Positions 1 through 13,020 of a stretch of DNA of 64,000 nucleotides are shown here, in pieces. How positions within the stretch are numbered: the first letter of the stretch is position 1; each line of letters begins with the position of its first letter. The stretch comes from Octopus bimaculoides (lineage: Eukaryota), in contig NC_068994.1 in assembly GCF_001194135.2 (NCBI RefSeq), positions 802,372 to 866,371 of the forward strand, written 5' to 3'. The notes beneath the pieces were generated by a model. The model did not search any database. It had not been told where the DNA came from and was given only the letters and a program-made list of their open reading frames with translations. Both the position numbers and the translations under genes were made by a program.

Positions 1-130
1 GAGGTGGGGGTCATTTCACATCCACGAAACCTTTAACCATGTCTAACTCGCCTTATTATGGTTTTTATCTGTCTTTCACATCTTGGATCAGAAATTCCCT
101 GTTAGATTGCACCACTGCAATATGTTAATT

Positions 131-171
<41 letters not shown>

Positions 172-1041
172 CTCTCTCTCTCCACCATAGTTCAGTTATA
201 TTTACTGTAGTTTTACACTCTACAAACATTGTTAATGACCCACTCTCTATGTCACATATATATAAGTCTATTCAGTATCTAAATCACTTGTATGAAAAAG
301 AACACTGGAGTCTGTTGAGGTTTCTGATACTCAAAAAATGAATGTTGTCATTACTATGAATGACAAAATGTGGAGAGAGTTTTTGTTCTTAGTGTTGTTG
401 TAGCAGCAGATAAAATGATGCTGGTTGCTTACCAGCAGCTACTGATTTCCAATGTTGTTTGTCCTCTGTCTGTTCATTGCCTTTTGTGTTGTCGGCTGCT
501 CTTTGCCGTCTCTGTTGGCCAACTCCTATATTGTCTGTCACTGCTATCCCTACTACATTCTAACGCTCTCTGTCAAGTAGTCACAGTGTGTTAAATGTAT
601 ACTGGTTGATAGGCTCAGAAGGAAGCACACTAAAAGATGAGATGATCAACATTGTGTGGCTAATTAAGTTCTTAATTGCATAAATATATTCCTCAATCAG
701 TTTGATATATCATAATGTACAAATGGTAGAATGGCAGAACCATTAGAGCAATAAAGCCTTGTAATATTCAATTTCATCCTTTCCGTTCTGAGTTCAAATC
801 ATACTATGTCTTTATTGCTTCTTGTTTCACTCATGTACTGAGACCGATTCCGTTGACTATATTCCCTGCCCCACCCTACATATTTGTTCCATTATTCAAT
901 TGTAGATGTCAGGGTTTTATTAGCTTTCTTGTGTTTACATGTGTCTAGCAGCATTGTTTAAATGGTTTTTTGTTTTTTACAGATATTATGAAACCTCATG
1001 TGGAATACAGCTGACTTGGATTGCAGCATACATGGCTCATC

Positions 1042-2131
1042 ATGCCACCTCCAAAGAAACCCAAAACTGGTCCAACTACAGCTGAGCAGTTCCTCACTAA
1101 AGAGGAGCTGAAATGCTTTCAAGCTGAATCCTCTAATATACAACAGAAAATTACCTCAGGAAAACCAGAAACTGTTAGTAGTGATGAGGTGTGTGAACCA
1201 TTCAGTGCTGACAGCAGCAGTGAGCTTGACCATTTAGCCAGTCGTAGTAGTAAAAGAGTCTGTGATGATGGCTTAGTGCAGCAACAGTTAACTGGTAGCT
1301 CTTCTGATACAAGTGAATACAGTTCAGTGTCAAATGTGTTGGCACCAGATATTGATCCTTGTGGTCGGAATGACTTAACTGGGAGCAATGGCAATAACAG
1401 TAGTAATAGTAGTAGTAGTAGTTGTAGCTCATCAGCTGTTGTTCCCAGTAGCAGTCCAACAAACAATGAACATCAGCAGGTGAAATCTGAAGCTGTCCTC
1501 ACTCAACAGACTCAATCAGCAACAGTAACACATCCAGAATATTCTATCCATGAGTCATCAGTTTCCAACTACCAGATATTACGACGTCTTTTTGCCCATG
1601 CAAAATCACCAAAATCTACCTCAGAGCCATCAGCTGTTGATCACCTTCCACCATCCGGTAGCAATACCACTATCACAAGCTATAAAGATGAACCTTCTGA
1701 ACAAGCAGCGACATCAACAACGTCTGTAGATGTCACTGAAGTGGCAGTGAGCAAGGGAGGTAACTCTTCAAAAACTTTGACTTCTACAGACAGTGTCTCA
1801 ACTAAAAGAGACTCAAATATTTCTAATAAGAATAGTGCAGGGATTTTACAAGCGACTCGTAAGAGTTATCTTTCATCATATATCAATCAGACACCAAAGC
1901 TATCTCGCTTGACCGAAGAGCCCTCAGCTGGTAGCCAGACTGTACAGCGCCACCTGGCTGCCAGCTTCTTGCAGGAACAACCATTTGACCTCACTCTAAA
2001 ATGTAAGGACACCCAATTTAATGGTGCAATTGTTGATCCACTTAAACATTTTATTTCTAAATCATCTTCTCGTATTGATTCCAATTTTGAACATTTATCC
2101 TCCGCTTCAGAAAACTACCTCAGACATTGTG

Positions 2132-2167
<36 letters not shown>

Positions 2168-2493
2168 CACAACAAGCAACACAACTGCAAACACAACCCC
2201 AACAACAGAAACCTCCAGCTCCACCGCAGTCTCTCCCTTCATCAGCACGACACCTCCCACAGCAACAAAAGAAAGTTAAGCTGGAGAGAGAACCTTATGT
2301 AATATCTACAAATTCTGGAGAGAGTGGTGGTTCACGAACTGAAATGAGCGAAATGCTTGTGAAACGTGAGGAGAGTAGGCAGGAAGAAGATGGTAGTCAT
2401 CATGTTATATCTATTTTGACAGGGAATACAACAGTGCCAAGCACTGAACCATTGATGTTTTTTAATGTTATCAAACCTAAAACAACAGGGTAG
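1042..2493 (+). CDS. Large coding exon/ORF (483 aa from ATG 1042): intrinsically disordered nuclear protein, probable transcriptional co-regulator; family not recognised
   Basis: By far the longest unique-sequence ORF (1021-2493). Strong acceptor tttttgttttttacag|at at 982/983, with an in-frame TGA at 1012-1014 so ATG 1042 (A at -3) is the first usable ATG. Starts MPPPKKPK (NLS-like). Contains PFDLT, VKSE, VKLE, VKRE, YQILRRLF and Q10. Donor-like cagg|gtaggt at 2489/2490 overlaps the TAG. Confidence 0.85.
2131..2163 (+). repeat. (CAA)n coding microsatellite giving polyQ
   Basis: caacaacaa run in frame (CEQQQQQQQQQQSQQ). Confidence 0.95.
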
Positions 2494-2737
2494 GTTTATG
2501 TTTCTTTTACATTTCTCTTTTTAATGACTTTAAAACAATATATGTTGATCACCATCTCACCTGTGTGTGTGTGTGTGTGTGTGTGCGTGCTAAGTTTGAG
2601 AAAAGTATCAACATATATTTTGAAAATTATTTTCATTCTAATGGTTTTGCCTTTGGTAGATTTCATGTTTTTTAAATGTATTTTTGTTAAACATGTGTTA
2701 TTGATAAGTACGAGATAATCTTGAGTCAAAGATTTAG

Positions 2738-2924
2738 CATGTTTAATACTGGACATAAGCATAATAATAATTTCCGTATTAATAAGAATGGTAACCCTGT
2801 TGAGCTAATACCTTCAGCAGTTTTGGTCAGTCCTACCAACTCCCTAACCACAAGGGGAGGTAACTCAGTGATTTTACTACCACAAGGTTTCTGTTTAAAT
2901 TTACTGTCCTCATCCAAACATTGA
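2738..2924 (+). CDS. Candidate terminal coding exon of the same gene (GMFNTGHKH...VILLPQGFCLNLLSSSKH*)
   Basis: AG at 2736-2737. Splicing from the phase-2 donor at 2489 reads in frame into the 2721-2924 ORF, whose composition resembles exon 1. The acceptor has a weak pyrimidine tract. Confidence 0.35.
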
Positions 2925-2926
2925 TA

Positions 2927-2957
<31 letters not shown>

Positions 2958-2977
2958 ACACTCACACTCACACACAC

Positions 2978-3135
2978 GACAGAGTTCTGCATAGTTTCTA
3001 TCTAACAAATTTTACTCCCAGAGTTATTGGTCAATCTGAGGGTTAAAAGGAAGAAGGCGCTTCTACAAATGGTGTATTTGAACCCAGACCCACGTGGTAG
3101 TGAAGCAAACTTCTAAATCACACATCCATTGTATA
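2978..3135 (-). mobile_element. tRNA-derived SINE family 2 (CORE-like), decayed 5' fragment
   Basis: Reverse-complement similarity to the copies at 15226 and 36468. Confidence 0.55.
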
Positions 3136-4049
3136 TTTAAGACAAGATGATAGTTTGAAATGGTTAGTAAACAACAAAACCTGAATTTCAAAATGTGAAG
3201 ATAATACATTTTCTGCATATAGGGTGGATTAAGTCAATGTCTCCCAACCTTTTTACTTTTAGAGAACTTTTATGACCAATGTTTGTGGTCTGTGCAAAAA
3301 TGTTTCTTCGGCTGCATGTAGAAGCAACTGAACAACATCCACAAACTTTTAACAGAAGATTTTATTGCTGCACATGAAGACAAACTGCATTGGCCTTTTA
3401 CAGATAACAGCAGCAATAATGACATATTGGAAGAGATACACTGGCTGGAGTTGATGGCAGGCTGTTGATGCAGTAACCTGTGACTTGTCCCACTGGAAAC
3501 AACAGTGCTGTATTTATGGGCGATAGAGGTTCTTGTCATCGATCTGCACCATCTGTCTTAGCTGCCTTCCTGGGTCATCGCACTGGTAAAAATGTGTGCC
3601 AAACGGTTTTATAGGGAGAGGGAGAAAGGTAGGGATAATAGTAAGAGAGTATGATGGATGTCAATAAAAGAGAGGGTCCAACAGAGGGGGAAAGGTGGCT
3701 AGCAGTGTGGAAGGGATGGTAGTGGTGGTAAGAGAGAGCATGGGGGATGGGAAGAGGGAAGAATGTTAATAAAGGAGTGATATGAGGATGTTCATCGAAT
3801 ACATCAATAGATCGTTTGTAATCCCTTAGGAGAGAAACACTTGTGATTGCTACATGTTTGCTATGAAACAACTGTTGTAGGGTTAGGGTTAGGCATGGAC
3901 TAGTGGAGAGATGAAGGGTATTGGATAGGCAAAAGACGTGGCAGATGGAGACTTAACAGGAACAAATTGAGTGAAGGACTCAGTTGTAGATGTGTGTTTT
4001 CGATATCGAAGCCCTGCTCCAGGACTAGCCTTATTTTAATGTACATTTA

Positions 4050-6000
4050 ACCATGCTTACTTGGGTGGATAGTCCAGCATTGTGTTCTATCAAATGTCAC
4101 ATTCCTTTATCACCTGCTTCATGAGATGCAGTATCTTAAGATTAGGATTTGCTACTTTATCTCAAATCTTTCTTTGGTCTTCCTCTTCTCCAGGTTTTAT
4201 TGAGTATATGACATTTCTTTATACAGCTGGAATCCTCCATGCACATCACATGTCATTACTACCACAGTTTTGCACACTATATCTCATTCTTCTTCTATAC
4301 AGCTTCTTTTTCTCCATCTTGTTAAAACTTTGTCATTCATGCTCATTAACACTACTCATGCTTGCTTCATTTTTTTTCTATTTTTGCAATTCATTTAAGG
4401 CCCATGATTTACTACATGCAACATCACATTTTGTACATAAGTATCGTACAGTCTACCTTTTACTCTGAGGGAGAAATCCTTCAACAGAGGATTGCCAACA
4501 GAGGTAATAGCTCTCAGAACTACTTCCTATCTACCCTTATTTCTTGAAAACCCATTCCCACAGCTATTAGTTGATAGTTTCTGTTACCACTGTGGCCTGT
4601 TTCTAGTGAACCACATAGACATTTTTGAGAATCTAGTTCTTAAAGCTTATGGCTCCTTTGTACTTGCCCCATATGAAATCTATGGGCTTACACAATGGAA
4701 TTTCTTCCTACCCTCCTTACACAAATCAAGCAAAACCATTTCCGTGATGGTAGTAAGGCTCTGTCTTCTTCCCTACTTACTAATAGTTTAGTCTTGAGTA
4801 AGACGAGGCCATTCAATTCTCGCTATTGCTTCCATATCTAGGTTTTTTCTCCAATTCCTTATAAATTCTACAAATTGGTTGTCAGCATAGAGGAGTTGCT
4901 ATTGACACTGGTCTTAAACTCTTGTGTTATTGCTTGGAGAGGATGCTAATAAACAGGTGGCTAGATGAAAATCGAGCCTTGATGGACTTGTAACTATATA
5001 TATTAAATTTGTTACTCAACTCATTTGTAACTTTCATCTTGCTCACTGCACCTCTGTACATGACTTGTACAGCTCTTGCAAGCTATTCACCTACTTCTAG
5101 ATTCTTTAGCAGCCACCAAAACCATGGAGCACAAGGCTCTGTGAAAAGCCTTCTCCAGGATGATGTATGCTAAGTATCATCTATTACTTGCATCTAGCTA
5201 AGTACTCCTATAATTGTTTCACTAGACAGATGACATCAGGAGTACATCTTACTGGCACAAAGCCAAACTACATCTCATCCAAGCTAAACCTGTTGCTAAT
5301 CAATTTTGCTATAACTTTCATGATTTGAGCCAACAGTTTGGTGCCTTTGTTGTTTCTTTCTCCAGTGCATCCATTCTGCCCTTCTAAGTAGTTTGCAATG
5401 ACGCTTCTACACCAGTCACTGGGTATTCTCTGAGTGAGCAGTGCAGTGACTAACCTGTACACTACTTAAACAAATAGTTTAGGCTTCTCACTGACTATCC
5501 TCAATAACCCAGCTGCTTTCCTTGTCTTCCATATCCTTAATTGCTCTGTCTACCATATTACTGTCAACTTGGATATCGGGTCCCTTTCTTGGCTCTACTC
5601 AGAGTGACCTTTCTCTCTTTCCTATTATTTCTCCTCATTCAACAAGCTCTCAGCCTTTCCATGTCACTTTTTGGTATCAGTAAAAACAAGTGTGTTCTTT
5701 TCATTTTCTATACTCTTCTCCCTAGCAACATCTCAATTCCCTCTAGTACATGCTTCTGATGCTCACATTGCAGAACATGCAAACTTTTTCTTTTCTGCAT
5801 TTTCCCTTGCTAAGTGTACCTGAAGTTTAGCTTCTCTTCTAGCTCTTTGATATTTCTCTCTACTGCCCCTTTTCTTCCAGTTTTTCAAGACTTGTCTCTT
5901 AGCTTTTATGGTTCTGTCTACAGTACTTTTCCACCTTCACATAGCCATGCTTTTAGCTGGGGCCATGTGCCAGCTTTAAATTTTATCTGCATCTCTCAGT
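4050..6000 (-). mobile_element. Decayed RTE-clade LINE (reverse transcriptase plus C-terminus)
   Basis: Minus-strand translations include IPSDWCRSVIANY...SLDEM (5268-5462), QLLYADN (decayed YADD, 4878-4898) and DFSLRVKGRLYDT (4441-4478). Many frameshifts and stops. Confidence 0.85.
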
Positions 6001-6022
6001 AGGTTATCACATAAAAAGTCCT

Positions 6023-6024
<2 letters not shown>

Positions 6025-6080
<56 letters not shown>
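6025..6080 (+). repeat. (TC)n microsatellite
   Basis: Direct reading. Confidence 0.95.
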
Positions 6081-6082
<2 letters not shown>

Positions 6083-6239
6083 GTAAACAATTGACTCAGT
6101 TTTCTTACAGTTTGATACACTGCAACCTAATTGCAACAGTACAGTGCATTACCTCAATACACTACTTACTATATATACATGGCATCTATATCAGTGTGTG
6201 TTACTGTCTCCTTGTTTTGACATCATGTGATACTTCTAG

Positions 6240-6370
6240 TCATCTGTGGGAACATGTCTGGTCATGAGAAAATATTACCATTCTTAAAAACATTTGAGGG
6301 TTGGCAACAGGAAAGGTATCCAGCCATTTAAAATTTGCCTCAACAAATTTCATTTGATCCATGTAAACTA
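6240..6370 (+). mobile_element. SINE fragment with RTE-type 3' tail
   Basis: ggttggcaacaggaaaggtatccagcc resembles the ggaagggcatccagc block of the RTE 3' ends at 14700 and 62430. Confidence 0.5.
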
Positions 6371-6411
6371 TGCGCACATATGTATTAAATAGTAGTGTAA
6401 CTTTTGGAATG

Positions 6412-6444
<33 letters not shown>

Positions 6445-6454
6445 NNNNNNNNNN

Positions 6455-6489
<35 letters not shown>

Positions 6490-6536
6490 AGCACATGTAT
6501 GAACCTGTAGTCTTAATTGCTGGTAAAGAGACAGTA

Positions 6537-6805
6537 TTTCATTTTGCAACCATAATATACTACCAAATATATTACAGGTTTACAAGTCAATACTGTGTTG
6601 TATCTTGTGTATATATATTGCATTGTTGACATACATGTATTTCTTTATGAAATGTTGTAACTTGCAGTACTGGCTCTGAATTTTATAGAAAATCTTTAGA
6701 GATTAACTTTAAAATGAAAATATTGCTCTGTTAACACAAGGTAAGGCAGCATTGACTTGTAAACCTGTAATATACTTGGTAATATATTATGGTTGCATAA
6801 TGAAA
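6537..6805. repeat. 59-bp inverted repeat (6537-6595 / 6747-6805), MITE-like foldback
   Basis: Left arm tttcattttgcaacc...caagtcaatactg matches the reverse complement of the right arm with 4 mismatches; spacer 151 nt. Confidence 0.85.
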
Positions 6806-7548
6806 CCTTGTATCTTTGTCAGCAGTGTGTACCACTCAGCAGGAATGGGTTGAATGTGTAAATTGGTCGATCCAACTGTTGCACTGCTTGACCTGGTGGG
6901 TATTTAAACAATGTTTGTGGATAGTTGATGGATTGGATGTGGTGCTGATGAAACTAATAACTCTGGGTGTATATGCAGCATATACACCACCCATCACCTA
7001 TTTTTCTCTCTTTGATTACATTGTTTAAATACTCGTGTTTGTATAAAAAATGTTGTGACTTGCAGTGTTGGTTCTGAATTCTATAGAAAATCTAGAGATA
7101 AACTTAGAAGTGAACCAATGGTCACATGTTGATATAATGGCATACACAGAGTATGTGTGGGGCAAGTTATAAGGGAACAAAATAGAGAAATAACAGCATT
7201 GCAATTATGAATGTATGTATGTAATGTTGGGTTGTACAATGCAAGATGTCTGTGGTAGTACATGCCAGGGAAACTTATGGAGATATTTTTCTGGGAAATG
7301 TGTTAGGAGTGGAAGGGTGGTGTCATCAAAGTACTCGCAAGACAAGATCCCTCAACTGAACGGAGTATAATATTAGGGGGTATGAAAAAGTATGATAGAG
7401 CAAGTGTCTTGTTGAGGAGGCAAACCAACACATGGCTTCTCCATCTGGAAAGGGAGATCTAAAGTCAAGGTACAAGGGAAATATGAATGAAAAAAAAAAA
7501 GCACGATCTTTCTCTCTCTTTCTCTCTCCCACTCTAAATATCTGTCTG

Positions 7549-7597
7549 TCATCATCATCATTTAACATCTGATTTCCATGCTGGCATGGGTTGGAGC
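7549..7597 (-). mobile_element. RTE-type 3' terminal fragment with (GAT)n tail
   Basis: catcatcatcatttaacatctgatttccatgctggcatgggttgga, the same end seen at 14600, 29080 and 32380. Confidence 0.6.
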
Positions 7598-9784
7598 ACC
7601 TATCTATTTATCTATCTGTTTGTCTTATACGCTTACACACATCAAACTGGGGAGTTGTTTTGCATACTTACTACTCTACCTTTTTTGTAGGTGCATGTTT
7701 CTAGGCAAGGGAAGGAAAAATACTTGCCAGTAACTTGAAGTAGTTGGTAATGTAGATATGTGACGCTGAATTCCTGAACTTTGAAATATTAATGCTATCT
7801 ACTGCCTGGGAGTCTTCAGTACTCCATTTTTGAATTGTTAGCCTCAAAATCTCACTGATACACATATATATATACACATATCCATTTGGGTGTGTAGATA
7901 TGTGGAAATAGTGTGACAATGGGGGTAAAAAAAAATGTAGCTCATTTAGTCTTTTAAAGAAGAAATGTTGATGTTGGTTAAGAAGAGATGAGTGTCAGGA
8001 TTCTTCCTGTTTGCTAATGATCACCCAATAAGAATTTAGTTTTATTCCAAAATATAAATTAAGTACAATTTAACAAGATTTTTGTAAACCTCTGTTGTTT
8101 GTCATTCTTATGAATGCTACTCTATATGGATTTCTTTGACTTGTGGGTTTGTCTTGTACATTATGAAACTGCATTGATAGATACGTATTTGATTGTGAGA
8201 GACATTACATTACAGAAGTAGAGGTTATAGAAATATATTCACTCTGCAAAACTGTGTATATGCTTTGGTACCATATATGATTGACTGAAAGCAATAGATT
8301 GATGTATATACTCACATTAGTGTATGAAATTAGGCACAGTGAAGAAAGGAATAATTTTAGCTTTAAATCTTTTCCTGATCCCACCTAGAAATTCGCAACA
8401 AAACGTATCCCATCATTTATATATATTGCCTTTGTCACCATTTAAAACTAAGAGTTCTTGGAATCCTTAAATTTCTGTACTAATATTTACAGCTCCAAAG
8501 AGAAATTTTGATCTTTAAACATTGAGCTTACCCTGTTGAGTGTATTTATCATTAATTACACTAATTACTCATTTTAATAATCAGAATGTACAGTAAAATG
8601 TTGATAGGCTAATTTACTAACTGGAAATGCTAGAAACAGTGGAGTTTATTGATAAAGAAGAAAGAGCCTTTTCTCCAAATTCTATATGCCAAGGGAAATA
8701 ACTCGATTGTTTCATTTAACCATGACTGAAACTCTTTTACCTTTTATAGAAACTGAATTGCTGGGCTGCACAAAGAAATATTTTGGCTAACTTAGACTTA
8801 CATAATATCTAGTATAGTAGCCTGTATTAAGTGTATTGCAGTTTCTATCACAATTTGTTGATAATAAATCAGTTTTTATATCTCTTACTGAACAACAGCT
8901 ATCATTTACTTTGGTGACCTCTTTACAACTACTTAGTTATTTTTAGAATTGATTTTTATAGCTTTAACTCTACATTGTCAGTTTGCTGGAGTTTTTGTTT
9001 TTTTATTATCAGTATATTTTATACAACATATGATGTGTTATTTATTATTTCTCAGCACAGTAACTCTAACCCACTAATAGTATGATACAGTTGTCAGTCT
9101 GAAACACACACACACACACTATCTTGTCAGTAATTATATTTTCTCTAAAGTCTCTTATAGTTTCTAAAATAGTTGGGCTTTAAAATGTTCATGACTATAT
9201 TCATAAAACTCGTTATTATTTTCCAATGAAAACCCTTCAAATATAACAAGTCTAATATTGAAACTGCAACAGTGCTAAGTTTGGGGGATTGTTGAGTGAT
9301 TTAGAAAAGAGACAAAAATCATAAGCAAATTTCTTCTTAATCATTGTAAAGTTTAGTTTTCATCTGGAAAACACTTATTTCTTTAGGTATTTATTCAATA
9401 GATTGCATCAATTTATTTCAGTATATGATAAACAATGAATCCATATGGTTAGCTATAAGTACGGTTAGACTGAAGTGAAATAAAATGCACTGGTTTATTG
9501 AAATATTTTCACTTTGGTTAATGATTGCAATGAAACAAGGGAAGAGGTGAAGTTACATTTCCAGCTCAAACATACGCAGTGGAACAAGGTTAATTCATTT
9601 GAATTCTGAATATTTATTGTCTTGTTAATTAACGTCTACTGATGATATTATTAATGTCTGTAAATAATTATTGGATCGGGACTTTAGTTAATATTACTAT
9701 TTACATTACAATTGAAGTTTGTACATTGGGTCATAAAATTCCTTCTCTTTTAAAATATGGTTTTAAACCTTCAGTTTCGATGCA

Positions 9785-10020
9785 TTACCATTTTGATACC
9801 AACCCGCCTGCGACTGTCTTTGGTTCTCGAATACAAAGCTGTCCATTTTGAAATGTTTACATTTCAATTAAAACCTTCCCCTATAATTTTTATGTCAAAG
9901 TTTTTTTCTTATATTCCAAACACCAGCCTAATAATTTCAAAGTTAAATATTTTATCAAATCTCTCTGAATCAATTTCAACAGAATATGTTTCGTTAGAGA
10001 CTGGGTGACGGAAGAGTTAG
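9785..10020. mobile_element. Decayed piggyBac-like MITE
   Basis: Ends (ttaccattttgataccaacccgcc ... gtgacggaagagttag) resemble decayed TTAACCC...GGGTTAA termini. Family recognition from memory only. Confidence 0.35.
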
Positions 10021-10569
10021 TAATTGTAGTATTATTTATACTTGAGATCTAACTTGAAATAATGGGGTGGAGAATAGAATGTTATTTTGATAAGTAACTC
10101 TTTTACCAGGATGTTATCACTGGGTCAGGGAAGGCTTATTCGTATAAACTATATTTGTTTTCATTACAACTAAATACTTTTAGCCGTTGAAATTTTAAGT
10201 TTCCTTCAAATACAAATGTTAAAATTTGCTAACAGATATTTAAAAGACATTTTATTAAAGATAGCTTTATAGATAGTTCAGAATATTTTTGCCACTCTCA
10301 ATAGGCTTACTGCTGTACAACTTCAGACTGCTACTTGCTGCGTGAACCATTACTCTCCACCGCTGCAGTGCATTTTAGTAATAGTGCACCAAGCTGTCAT
10401 TGTTAAGCGCAGGTTTGCATGAGCTGCTATATAAGAGATGGACTCTGCTGAGCTTTTATGTGGATGTGCATGTTCATGTGAGTGTGTGCGCATGCGTATA
10501 TAAGCATATGTGTTTTGTACAATTTTGTAGAAACATGCATTTTCCTATTTCCATCTATATGTAATAGTA

Positions 10570-10571
10570 AC

Positions 10572-10604
<33 letters not shown>

Positions 10605-10790
10605 GATGATGATGATGAAAAAACTGGGTACAGCTAGTCATCTTTATTAAGATCAATGTGCAGTGTCGGTTGTATTCCTCTTGGTTTTGCTAAAAAAACA
10701 TCTTTCTTCTTCATATGATGTCACCAGATTGAATGGATGTTTGCGCCATCTGCAAGTTGCAAGCATTTCTAGGGTGAAGTAATCAGAAAT
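10570..10790 (-). mobile_element. Probable retroelement 3' end with (ATT/CAT)n tail
   Basis: Repeat-like segment abutting the (AAT)n(GAT)n run; no ORF. Confidence 0.3.
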
Positions 10791-11572
10791 ATTTCTTAAC
10801 CTTTATTTTTAAGCTGACCTTCACAGGAGAATATCTCAATGTTTTATTCTATTATATATTTTATGCTGACATTATTCGTTGACATTTTCACATGCTATAT
10901 GTTTTAAAATCATTTAAAATTCTTACCAAAATGTATTCTTTCACCCTGACCAAAATTTTAAATACTTTTCTGTAAGATATAATGTGTCTATATAAATATA
11001 TCTGCAGCTAGTTGTGTGTGTGTGTGTGTGTGTGTGGAAAGGAGAGCTCTGTCTCTCTCTCTCTGTCTCTCTCTCTCCCTCCCCTTTCCCCCTATACGCA
11101 CACATTAATGCAACCTTTATGTGTATGCAGAAAAGTGTGATAGGGTTGATGTGCTTTTGAATTAGTTTACTGTAGCAACACAGAATTACGATAATTTACT
11201 TGAAACGTGTTGGAATTGCAAGCTGTGGTAGTGTTGTTGATGTCAGTGCTTTAATGGCAGTCCGTCTGTTGGTTTAGGATATCATGAAGTTTGTAGAGCT
11301 TTGTTTTGTTATAATATTATAACACTGACTTTCTTTTATTAAGGCAGATAGAGAGGGAACTGGTTTGCATTAAAGACACAGCCTTTAACTGCAATATTTT
11401 TAACATTTTAGCAATCTGAATAAAACCTTCAATTCACAAATATTTTCCAAATCATTTTTAAAAGATGTTTCATCATTCTACCTGTGTATTAACTACCTGC
11501 ACTTGCATGCACACCACCACCACCACCACCAAGTACCAATCATGTATATGCACATCAGATACCAGTACACAT

Positions 11573-11611
<39 letters not shown>

Positions 11612-11750
11612 TATTCATATACACACGACAACAGATATCAGTATGTACATATATTCACTACCTGTACACTCACACATACACACACACACATGCACTACAG
11701 CAGCTACCGCTCTTTCTCTCTCTCTATGTATTTATGTGTATGTGTGTGTG

Positions 11751-11781
<31 letters not shown>

Positions 11782-11787
11782 ATAGAG

Positions 11788-11833
<46 letters not shown>

Positions 11834-12927
11834 AACAATATCAACTAGTTGTACTAATGTATGTGTAACTTTCCAGTTTATTATAAACTGCTGACTTCTT
11901 CATTGAATATTTCATTCCTGAGATTTGTTTCTAACCTACCTGATACAGAAAATGTTTGACCTAAGATTTAGTTTTAAAGGAAAAGTTAGTTACCTGAACA
12001 ATATATTTTCCCTAGATACAAATAATACGAAAAAAAAAATTTTATATGATATTTCTGTACTGATTACTTCTCTAATAATTGGGGATATTTCTTCAGTGAT
12101 TCTAGTTTTGAAGAAAACCCATGACAGTATAATAAAAATATTTGGTCCTTTTGTCATAGAAATTTATGTGACAGTCAAAAATTTTCTAGTAGTAGTTGTC
12201 TAAGTCATCAGGAGTGTTCCCATCTTTGGAAAGCTCTTTCTACATGTATAGAGATAAGGAAGGTTCATATTATTATACCTTACACCAATATCATTGATTT
12301 TAGTTTTCCATGTTTTTGTCTATGTATTTCAATTTCTCGGAATTTATTTCAAGGCATTCTAAAGACTTATTAGCGTATTTTCAATTAAAAGTTTAGACAA
12401 AGATTACTGGTTATTAAATGAGTTCATGGGAATACTTTGTGGTAAAGCATTTTAGCATAAACACATGTTTTCACACATGCGCACTTGCAAACTACACACG
12501 TTTTTACAAATAGTCATGGCGCTGAGTTTACATTTTCTTAAAAGTGTGTAAATACATTTCATATATTTGGAGTAACTTCTGATTGTGATAGTTTAAAGGG
12601 GAGGGGTGATTACCTACTGATGAAAACTGATGAATTTTTAGCAGATTCTTGATATGGGTTCAGATATTGCCATAGTTCACCTTAATTCCTGTTAGGCGAT
12701 GATCTTAATGTTGTGTTGAATAAATAAGCCAGTGCCAGCAAAGTAATGGTCTGTTAGCAGTGACTCAACGTCACCCAGCTGTGACTACCTTCAGATTATC
12801 AACTGTATAATGATAATGTCTGGATTCCTATCTTCATCCAACACATGTCACCTAGCATGGGAAATTGGTCAAAAGTATGGGGAGATAATTCCAAACATTA
12901 ATCAATACAGATAAAAGATAAAAAGCA

Positions 12928-12928
<1 letters not shown>

Positions 12929-13017
<89 letters not shown>

Positions 13018-13020
13018 ACA
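12929..13020 (+). repeat. (CA)n microsatellite followed by (TA)n
   Basis: Direct reading. Confidence 0.95.
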
